From NCBI GenBank assembly GCA_964035545.1, contig OZ037769.1:11004633-11068632 (forward strand): DNA of 64,000 nucleotides. The letters are read 5' to 3'. Both the position numbers and the translations under genes were made by a program. A model generated the notes under the pieces. The model saw nothing but the letters and a program-made list of their open reading frames with translations. It was not told the origin of the DNA and ran no database searches. Each line of letters begins with the position of its first letter. The stretch's first letter is position 1. Below, piece after piece: positions 29,154 to 41,100 of this stretch. Source of the stretch: Bugula neritina. Its lineage: Eukaryota; Animalia; Bryozoa.

Positions 29154-32100
29154 TTGCGTTCATTCCTGCATTAATTTTTGTTGCGTCAAGAAATAAAACA
29201 CTGCAAGCTAACTGCGATTTCGAGTCAGATTTAAGCACTGCCCATCTTTTGTATATTTTCTTACCTCCAATAACTGGCATTCTGCCATTATCTATTGAGG
29301 ACACAACTCCTGGGAGACCACACAAGGAGCCAGCTAGTATCTCTATAGAGGAAGTGTGGGGGGCCATGACGAGTATGGGCGCCTCTTTACTAGTAACCTG
29401 CTTGCCCTTGACTCTTTGTATAAAAAATCCACTCACATAGCCAGTAAGTAAAGCTAATCGTACTGTTAAATCTCTGAAAATGCTGAAATAATAAATTATA
29501 ATATTTAGCTGCATAAAGGACTAGGCGTATTATCAAAACTAATTGAATTTTGCTAGAAAATTTGCATTTGAGCATCAACTCGCTAAGAGCCACAGTAACC
29601 ATTAAAAATGCAAATGCTCACGTTCAAGCATTAACAAGGCATAAACAAGACGAGTTCTGTTTAGGTATTAACTCTGCCAGATAAATTATACCTAAAAGTT
29701 TGGTGAGAGTTTTGTAATAAAATATATTGAGTGCAAGTTTTTTTTGTTTTTGCGTAATCAATTTTAATGCAGTTCATAATAACTTATTAAAAGCTCAATA
29801 CTGGTTTACTGGCACTATCATGGGTGATCGATTACTTGTGTCTTGCAGCAAATTTTCTCACCATAATCATACAAAAGTTGTTCGTTAAAATTTTATGGAG
29901 GCAATTTCAATCTTCAAAGTATGTGCTGTTTAATGCAAAACAAGCTAAACTAGGCAAAACCAATCGCCAAATGTCCCACCACTTTTTTTCTATAAACATT
30001 GAGGGCATAAAACATTGTCAAGTAGGCAGAGCTTAAATTCTCGTGCTCTGAGTAGACTAATATGCTAACTGTATGATACAAAGAGCTCAAAACTTGATTC
30101 GAGAAAAGATCAACTGAAATAAAATTGAAATTAAGGAATTTCTTTAGACATTGGGTATAATGCATAACATCATATACTCTATATTTTTACTTTTAATAAA
30201 AAGTGAAAACCACCTTATTACAGGATTCACAAACAACATGATTTTTGCACATTGACAGGATAAAATATCAGTAGTAGTAGGTGGATGGTCCTAGGACAAC
30301 CCTTCCCCCGTCGAGTCTTCGACTCTCCGGTGTCAGGGATTGTCCCAGGACGCATCCACCTACTACTACTCTATTAATGTTTTTATTAAGTTTTAAAAAT
30401 TGTACGTTTTAGGACAGTTTATTATTTTATTGTCCTAGAATTGTATGTTTTTAGGTTGGTTTATTATTTTATTACTGTTAATTTAGAATAAAAAAAAAAA
30501 GCAATTACTCATTAATACTATTATAATAAAGTTTAAAATATACGTAATGAAAAGGTAATGCCGTATCAGTTATTTCGCTAGCGGGAGTATCAGTTAAAAT
30601 TACGTCATTGGGTTTATGACTCGGATAATCACTCGAAAGAGCTATTGTAAATGAAAAATTATTATTAGCGTTAATAATTTTATTAATATTTATTTTACTA
30701 TACGGAACATTATGTTCAGCACCGCTTATATCATAAAATAAATTTTCTTTAGATTCATCAAATGGGTTTACGCTATTACGAATATGTAAACCTATTTTTT
30801 TATCAGTCCAATATAACGCTTTTGTTTTATTTTTAGTATAATGTTCACCATAAAATTGTATTAACGCGTGCGTTATTTTTATAGGTTTATTTACTAAATA
30901 ATCGTTAATTAAATCTACCGTAAAACTATTAATATTTTCGTAATAATAAAATTTATTATTATTTATAATACCCGAAATAAACGCTTTATTAGTCGTTATA
31001 TCGACTTTATTAAATTTATAAATATTCATTTATAATTATAATAAAGTTTTATTAATACGTAATGAAAAGGTAATGCCGCATTGGTTATTTCACTAGCGGG
31101 AGTATCGGTTAAAATAACATTACTAGGTTTATGACTAGGATAAGTTTTTGATAATATTATTGATAGTGAAAAGTTTTTATTAGCTTCAATAATTTTATTA
31201 ACGTTTATTTCGCTAAACGGAACATTATGTTCAGCACCGCTTATATCATAAGAAAAAAAAATATTTTCAGCGACGTCACTATACTTAAATGTGTTAGCGC
31301 TATTTCTAATTTCTAAGTTTAATCGTTTATCAGTCCAATAAAGTTCTTTAGTATTATGAGCTTGTTCACCGTAAAAATGTACTAATATATTTGTTATTTC
31401 AATCGGTTCATCGACTAAAAAATCTCTAATTAATATTCCTTCAAAATAATCATCTCTAATATTTTTTATAAAATATGACGGAATTATAATATTCGTAATA
31501 TACGGTTTTTCATTTATTATATTGGCTTTAGCCGAATTTCCAAAAATATATACCGAATTCATTTATAGTTATAATAAAGTTTTACTAATACGTAATGAAA
31601 AGGTAATGCCGCATCAGTTATTTCGCTAGCGGGAGTGTCGATTAAAATTACGTCACTAGGTTTATGACTAGGATAATTTTTTGATAATGACATTGTTAAT
31701 TTAAAGTTTTTATTAGCTTTAATAATTTTATTAGCGTTTATTTCGCTAAACGGAAGATTGTGTTCATTACCGCTTATATTATAAAAAGTATTTTCATTGG
31801 ATGGATTAAATAATTCAGTACTATTTCTAATATGTAAGCCTATTCGCTTATCAGTCCAATAAAGTTTTTTAGTATTATGAGCTTGCTCACCGTAAAATTG
31901 TATTAATATATCCGTTATTTCAATTGGTTCATCGACTAAAAAATCTTTAATTAATGTAGTAGTAAATCCTCCTAAATAATACGTAAATTCTGACGGAATT
32001 ATAATATTCGTAATATACGGTTGTTCATTTATTATATTAGCTGAATTTCCAAAAATATATACCGAAGTCATTTATATAAGTAATTTATTTATAATTAATT

Positions 32101-35100
32101 GAGGTGACTCGCGTTTAAACATTTCTTTAAGCCAGTATAAACACAAGTGTCCGCATATAACCGTACCGAATTTTTGTACTCGTTCCGTGTTATAAAATAT
32201 AGGCGGTTTTAAATATTTCATTATTTCTAGCGGAGGATGTAATCCGAAACTATCGAAATAATATTTTTTATTTCCGTTTTTATACCAAGCTACCCAATGA
32301 GTACCGTTACCCATTAAATCGTCTAAATTTAATATACCACACTCTTTTTTACGCGGCTTATCGGGTAAATCGTTTCTTGAGAATACTCCTCTAAAAAATG
32401 GTATTTTTAATTTTTTAATCGCAAACTCTAATTCAATATTTGAGAGAGCTTTATTTTGTAATTTTATATTTTTTATTTTAATCATTTATATAACCGTAAG
32501 GGACTGTCATTATACCGTTTTTTAATATAATTCTTTTATCGTCTTCGGATGATAATGCCACTTTATTTATAGTCTCGGCATACATCGTATGCTTATGACT
32601 TCTTAACACGTTCATCGTTCTAAATTGATTTCGCCGCGTTAATAAACACTCTTTATAATCATCAAATGTTATGCGATTATCACGAGTTGTTTTATTAATA
32701 CCCTTACATTTTTTCTCTTCTATATCATCCATTTTGTAAGAATATAATTTAGCTCTTAGGCCTATAAATTCTGTAATTTGCTTGCCACCGGCTTCATCCT
32801 TAAACTTTCCTATTACTTTTTTATTTTTACCGGTTGGTATACCCGATTTATGATTTTTTGGATAATTACTCGTGTCAAATTTATTTTCGATATCCGGTAA
32901 TATATCTTTATAAAAATCTTTAGTTTGCACGTGATACATTAAGCTATCTGTATCCGTAAACAGTAACTGAGCTTTATTACCGTATTTAAGTCTAATATAC
33001 TCGTAATGAAAGTCGTACATTAGAGTTTTACTAATGTCTAATATAGCCGCACCTAAATATATAGGCTTGTCAAATTTTAATTTTACTACATTCATATGAA
33101 CGGCTATTAAATTTTTAGAAAATATAGTGAAGTTTTTAAAGTTAGGCTGATTAGTTAATTTTTTAGCTTCGCTTTCGCTAGTAATTAACTTAATGTTAAC
33201 TCTATTTCGTATATTTTCCATCGTTTTACCAAACACGGAATTATTCATTAGCTTAAAAAAATCTTTTTCAAAATCACTCTTAGCTAAAGTTCTTAGTTCG
33301 GTATTTAATTTTATATATTTTTCTAACTTATTCGATTCATTAAAGGTTATACCTCTATGAATCTTCGTTAATTTTAAGCCGTACATAAGACATTGTTCCA
33401 ACGCTTTATAGTGTATAACGTAATTCTTTTTATTATTTAAGTTTGGCACCAACTTTTCTACTTTGTTAATTATTATTCTTTCGGGGCAAAACGGATAATC
33501 TTTATGCGTGTCGTGTAACTTCTTAGAATATTCTAAATCTACTTCCAAAAAGCTAGGCGGAAAGTTTAAACTTTTTTCTAACTTACGGCATTCTCTTTCG
33601 CTTAGCCACTTAAAGTTACTTACGGGTAAATTTTTAGACATGGCCCATCCATATAAATTATTAGCATCTAAATACGTAATATAACTACTAGGCTCTTTGG
33701 GATTATAATTAGTCATATATTCATTATTAGCTCGAGCGTATCTATGACTAATCATACTTACTCCCCCTCTAATTCCTTTTTCAAAGAAGAGTAATTGCTC
33801 AATGTTAGTAATTGGATCCAACTCTAATTCCGTAGTTTTGAGCATAGCGTCCCAACTTAAACCCGGTGCCGTATAGTACCAAGCCGGATCTAATTTATAA
33901 TATTCGAGGCATACGTCTCTAAAGTTTTCAAAAACGTCAGCTAATTGAATTACGTCGACTTCCATATACAAGTCGTGATATTCTCTAAACGTTTTCATAT
34001 TAAACTCTCGCCAAACGTTTTGAGCGTGTTCGTAATCCTCATCGCTTATATTACTTTCAGTTAAACTCGAGTAAAACTTTTCTTTTGGTGGTAAAGACGT
34101 TTCATCCAACACGCTTACGTTATTGAAATAGTCGTACGGAAATACTCCTTTTCTTAACAATAAGCTTAATTTATTTTCATTATTAAAATGTTGTTGTAAG
34201 TATTTAAAGTCATTACGTTTTAAATTCGCTACTAAGCTCGCTAAACTAGAACTCATAAATTTATACGAGTCTAAAAAGCGAATTTCACGCGTAACTTTAA
34301 CTTTTTTACCTTCATTATTAGTAAATTCGTCTACTATTATTTTTTCATTAAACGATATATATTTTTCTTCAGTGTTGGGTATACACGAAATTTCACCGCT
34401 TAAATTTTTAACGAATAAGTGAGCGTCGTAACCCGACAAGTTATGAATAAATACCGGATAAAATTTTGGAATTTTATAATTTAAATTACAATTATTATGA
34501 GCCGCTCCTCTATAGTTTCCGGTTAAGTGGCAGTGATCTCTCACTCTGTCATTACCCAATTTTTCTTCGCATATATAACAATTTTCGGCTAATTCGAAAG
34601 ACTTTTGTTCGCTAGCCGAAATTTCCATTGATTTAGGAAACTTATGTTTTTTATACAAGTTTTTAATGTCGAGTTCTAATAATCTCATAAATAGTTCACC
34701 AATATTTTCGTCTTCGTATTGCTTAGTATAACTTCTGTACTCGCACTCGCCGGTAACGCTCACGATATAATATCCGAAACCCGACGGTTCGTGTTGCTGA
34801 TATTGGTTAGTATAGCTTTTCTGAAAATTAGGCTGACAACTTTGTATAGGCTTAGTAAAACATTCAAAGTCCGCGTATACCACAAACGGTACTCTCATAC
34901 TACGGCAATGGTGACTAGACTGAAATTTTATTTTATTTTCTATTTTCGGAAAGACCGTAGTTACGCCTTCGTTCGTTAAACACCAATCTTGATGCTTTTT
35001 TAAAGATTCGTTAGATCGAAACGAATTCATACAATTTACGCAAATATGTTTAGCGCTAACGCGTTTATTTATTTGCGAACCGAGTAATTTATTTAAATTT

Positions 35101-38100
35101 TTAATATAAGCGTAATGACTCTTTTTGTCGTCGCTTATATAAAATAAATTTATAATTTTACCCTGATTTTTAGTTTTTTTCCATAAATTTATTGTTTTAC
35201 CGTCCCACGTAAATACATTAATTCCAAAATCGGAATTAACCTCTTCAAAAGCGTCAATAGATTTTTTAGTAGCGGGAAATTCAACGCCTTCCCACGAAAA
35301 TTTATTAACGTATTCTTTATAATTATTAATTCTTTCGGGATGGTTTTTAGGCGTATAAACACTCATTAAAATGGCCCACATAAAGCACTTATTATCCTCA
35401 TTTTTAGGATTTATTACGGCTTTTTTTAATTTAATTTCTTTCGGAAGATCAATCCACGATGATCCGTTAAGAGGTTGATATTTATTAATATTAATTTCCA
35501 TTTTTTTAATGGCTTTAAACATCCAGCTACTTCCTTTCGCGTTTAACGAAGCAAAATTTTCTTTTATACGTTCAATTATTTCATCGTATATTTCATTAAT
35601 ATTTGTAGACTCTAATATAGTTTCAATATTTGATGTAAATGGCATAATTTCTACAATAGTTTCTCCGGTACGTACATTAATTTTTTCCATTTCGCAATAC
35701 ATAAATATTTTAACTTTTATAGTAGGTTTCAATAATTCTATTACATTTAATTTTACTAGTTTACTAAACGAATCTATATCGTATTTGGGTAAACCTTTAA
35801 TTTCATAAGTTTGAAACCAACCATTAGCGGCTTGTTCTTTAAGTTTAGGCTGATTATATAAAGCCATAATTTTATCCTTAATTGGATTTATAATTTTTGT
35901 AATTGGCTTTATAACCCATTTTTTTATATTACGCGTAGTTTGCGTAAATATTTCTCGCATAATTTTTTTTACGGGTGTAGGTATTAACGGGGCTTGTCCT
36001 ATATTCGGAACGGGTTCGTCCATAGGCGATAATAGCCGTATAAGTTCGGCTTTTTTTAATCGAGAATATCGTTTCAATCCTCTTTCTTTAGCTAAAGCTT
36101 TTAAAGCTTTTACGGTAATTTTTGTATTGAACTCCATTTATATAATATATTCTTTAATAGTAATATCAATTTTTAATATTATTACTTATGTAAAATAAGT
36201 AATAATACTGGGCTGTTATACGTCTCTATTTTCTTCTTTTAGTTTATAAGCTTCGCGTTTTAAAATACTTTTTATATAAAAATATTTATTAATGTTAGGA
36301 ATTTGTTTTCTCGTTCTAAAATTAATTTCTTTAAGAGATATATTATTAATTACTGGTATATATAAATATTCGAGTAACGGTGTATATTTTTTTTGTTCGG
36401 TTTTAGCTATTAGTTTATCGAGTAATTCAACGGTAAGATCCATATTATAAAATAATAAAATAATAAAAATCATTTTTTTATATAAATGGATTTTCGACGA
36501 GAAAAATTAGAACTTTTAAACGATGAAATTATTAAATTAGAAAACGAATACGAGCAAAAACTTAATCGTTTTAATTGGTTATCAAAATCGTTAAAAATAA
36601 TTTCGGGATTATGCGGTACAACGAATTTAATATGCGGTGTCATTATTACGGCATTAATAAACGCTAACGTTACTAAACAAACGTTATTACCATTATCTAT
36701 AATAGTAAGTATAATGAGCGTAATTACTACTTCTATTTCTTCTCAAGATACTAAATTAATTAAATCTACGTTAATGTATTTAGATATATATACGTTTATA
36801 AAAGATTCAAAATTAGAAATTAATTCTATGTTATCAAAATTTTTAAGCGACTCTTATATAGACGAACAGGAGTATGACGCTATAACCGAAAAATATAAAA
36901 ATATTAATAGCGTAATAGTGAATAAAAAAAGCGATATAATAGTCGCTCGTAACAACGTTTGTTAATTACTTGCAAAATGCAATTAATTAAAAAAGGAAGT
37001 TCAATATAAAAATTATCCGTATATTTATATATGTTTTCTTTAACTATCATTTCGTCTTTTTTCTATTTCGTCTTCGGCGTATTTTAGTTTAGTAAAGAAT
37101 GACGGTATTCTAGCCGCCGCGTAATTCATTAAACCTACATTAAGTTCTTGAATTATTTCTTTAGTTTTGTAAATAGTTTTTATTTTTAATTTTCCATCAT
37201 TTTCTTTATAAATAATTTCTTTTTTATTATTATAAGTAATTTCTTCGAGTAATCCGCACTCATTAGTTGAATTATTCATTTCGTCTAATATATTAAAATT
37301 TTTATATATAATTCTTTCTTTAATATCACCGCCTTCGTACACTCGTTTTTCGTATTCGGAAGTTTTATATATTGTTTCGGTAATCGGGGTGCCGTCGAGG
37401 CTTTTATAAGTAATTACTGTTGACATTTATATACGTTTTCTTTAACTATAACAGCATACCTAAAAGAGGAATATTTTTAAACGGACTATTCGGACCTAAA
37501 ATTAAACCTTCGCCTTTTATATAGCTAGAACCTTGTTTTAAATATAAACCGTTACCTTTCATTAAATTAGACGACGCGACTGGTTTTAAAGTAATAGAAC
37601 CGTTTAAATTAGGTTCTACGGAACATACGCATCCGCCTTTTTTCAAATAAAGACCTTTACCTTTAATAGCTCTTTCGACTCCCGCGCTAGCGGCTCCTGA
37701 AAGTACACCCGGTATAATAGTTTTTAATAGCGTAGGTATTACTCTCGTAGCTATACCTAATAGAGCTCCTAAAAATCCTCCGCTCATTGACGCGTTAGTT
37801 TTTACTAATGACGGAGACATTTCGAGCGTTATATTTTTTTTATTCGCGTTTAACGCTTTTAAAATATTATCATTTTGCGTTTTCGTAACGACTAGTTTAT
37901 CATTTCCGCTTTCGAGAGGCAATTTAATAACGCAACCCTTACCGCTTCTATAAGCGTTCATTATTTTTTGTTTTTGCGCCTGCGGCACGTTTCCTATAAT
38001 TTCGCAGTAACCCATTTATATAATACATTAAACTTCTCTTAAATGAAATCTTATCGAGAGTTGTTCACCGCTAAGATCTAATAAATTACCTTTTTGATCG

Positions 38101-41100
38101 GTTACCGTAACGGTTAACGTCTTAATATATTTAACGTGAACGGGTAAGTATATTAAATTATGAGGTTTTTCTATTATTTTATATCCCGGACTAACGCTCG
38201 GAAAAAATGAATAAATAACGGGTTTATAAGTACCATCGATATAACTTCCATTAATACAATCAACTTGTACGTGTATAGCGTTTATATTTAAAATATTTAC
38301 TATGTTCGTAGCTTCGATATAAGGTTGATTATATATCGCCGCGTCAAAACCTAAAACGTCTCTTAGAGAATTTTCAACGTTAAAATCTATTCGATAATTT
38401 GGTTTTAATTTAAGTATAATTCTAAAAGTTACTTTATTAGCTTGTAAAGTAATACCGTTTCTATTACCCCCCTCTTTTACTATTTCGTCTTGAATAGTTT
38501 CTTCTAGTTGATCTAATTCGTACACTCCGACTGGTAACGAAACTAAATGCCACGTAGTACCACCGTCTTTAGACCATCTATAGGAATTTCTATCGGTACT
38601 AATGTTTGGAAAAGAATAAAACGTATCCAAACTAATAAGACACATTTCGTATTTTTTATTTTTATTTAATTCTATAGGCGGATTAAGTTGAGTAATTATT
38701 CTCGTTTTAGTATCGGTAACTCCTATAGTCATCGTTTGTTTAGAGGCCGTATTATCAGCAATTTCTCTTAATAATTTGTTTTCCATTTATATAACTTTTA
38801 AATTGTTTCCATCGGAACTGAGAGACATAGTTTTATCCGATAGAATTAGCGCGTAAGCTTGAGTATCAGCCGGCACGTTTTGACTAAACTGAACTCTTAA
38901 TTGAATATCGGCTACGCTACTTTTAAGAGCTTCGCTTTGCTTACTAACGTCTATTACGAACAAAGCGTAAAGATCTTTATATTCCGAAGGTAATACGTTT
39001 GAATAAGCGATTAGCTCGTTTATACCGTAATATTCTCCGCAAAACTTAGAAGCGTCTCCGTACACTCTACTAAACTTCATTTTAGCGAAATCTATATCGT
39101 AATCAACTTCGGGATACCGCTCACTGTTTAGCATCGCGTATATACTTTTAACGTTAACGTGATCGAATACGGCCGGATTAGTCGTTTGACTTTCAGTCTT
39201 ATCCGTTTGAAAACCTACAATAATATATTTAGGTTTTTCGGTATCTCCTCTAGAACCCAAACGCCACGTAAAGTTAGTAGTTTGCGGCACCGCGATACTA
39301 TCACACCATCTAGATCTATAAATTAGGGGTAGTTGCGCCTTACTCTCTATAATTTTATAGAGTTTATGCTTCATTTCAAAACTAGGCGTTACGTGAGGCA
39401 TCCACCACGATACTTTATTCAACGTTATTTTTCCCGCGTCTACGCCGTTAGCTCTATAAATAGCGTTATCGTTAGTATCGCGTACTAGCGTTAGTTGATG
39501 TTTTATACCGTATAATACTTTTTCGTAATCATCGGCGAATCCGAACAAATGTCTGAGATCCACTTTAATACTAAAAGTACCTTTAGGATCCGGCTTTTGT
39601 ATAATATAAATTTGACGCGCGTTAAAACCTAAATTAGCGGCGGCAGCGGCTGCGGTAGTATCTTTTGACCACAACTGATTAAGACCTCTCGACTTACCGT
39701 AGTCGTCGGGATAAGTTAATAAACCCATCATGGTCGAAGCGTGTCCGGGATTATTTATATATTCCAAGTCGTGTCCGTCGAGTTGATATCTAATACTTTT
39801 AAACAAATAAGCCATACCGTTATTCGTTAACGTTACTAAGTCGGCGTCGGCGTAAGCGGTTCCGTCATTTTTCGTTAAACGTCCTTCGATAATTAAATAA
39901 CTTTTACTCGGCTGAACGTACAAATCTTGTTGATTAATAACTATTCTAATTTCACTGGGAGTATTTAAATTCGTTCCCGTTACGGGTTCGTATTCGTGTA
40001 CCTGATCGCGCTCTACGCTCGTATCGAGTACAATTTTTTGTGTAATGTTCAGAGAATCCATTTATTATAGTAAAATAATTTCTTAATAAGCTATAGCTTG
40101 TCCGCTTCCTTCTAAAATATTACTTATATTATTATTGTTTAATATATTTTTAGTTTGATTAAGCTTTTGTAGTATAGCTTGACTTTTAGCGTTTAACTTT
40201 TTTTGTCTTCTTTTTTTAATCGCGTTAACAATTTTTTCACCGGCCGCGGTACCCGCTTTAGCTATAGCCTTTTTACCTAATTCTCTTACGCTGGAATTAC
40301 TAGCTATTTTAGTTACTACATTCCTAATGGTATCAAATATTCCACCACCGGCGTAGTGTTTTTGTAATCGTTGTCTTTTATCGTAAACGTACATTTATTA
40401 TACGAGAATACTTTTATAATAGTCACGAGTAATAATTTTCATTCTAAGTAATTCGTCTAATATAGACACAATTTCGTTTCGTACTCCCGTATTTCCGGCT
40501 TTAGCGCTAGAAATTAAAAGTTCGAGTCGTTCTACTAAAGCGTTAGGATCAGACGATAAATATACTACTCCATCACCGACTTGCCTTTTAGCTTTTTTAC
40601 TATCGGCGAGTTTCGCTCTCTGAGGATATAATTGTTCCCAAATAGGTCTAACAATATTTTTCCATTTTTCACTATTTTTATCTATGGGACCGTGTTTACT
40701 TTGATATATAGCGCCGCTATTATCGAGTATATTAGCGTAATTCGCTAAATCATTATCATCGTATCCTATAGGCGTTTTACGCGTTAAAAGACTTAAAAGT
40801 CCTCTAGTCGCCGGATATTCTTCGTTTTCAAAAATTATTTTACCATCGTTAAAACTTATAGGTTTCGTACCAATAACGTGTCTATTACCATCCCACTTTA
40901 CGTTATAAGCGCCGGGTTCTAAGCCAGCTAAAGCGTTTTGCGTATATTCGTCTAAATTTATAACTCCATCCGTTATAGCCGGTTGAACATTATAATTGGG
41001 TAATGTAAGCAATTGTTTTAACGCGTCAGTCGTTTGAGCTTGCGAAGTCGTTACGGGTTCAAAATATTTTTCTTGAGCTATAGCGGCATTTAATTCTCGC

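Noticed and set aside
28984-29440. Plus-strand ORFs with CV repeats
   Set aside because: (TG)n microsatellite and antisense of an LPCAT exon
30505-32071. Diversity-generating retroelement or invertase shufflon behind the paralog variation
   Set aside because: No reverse transcriptase, template repeat or site-specific recombinase seen; differences include indels and are not adenine-specific
34719-35808. Plus-strand ORFs inside polB
   Set aside because: Short antisense frames without recognisable motifs or the ATAAATG start
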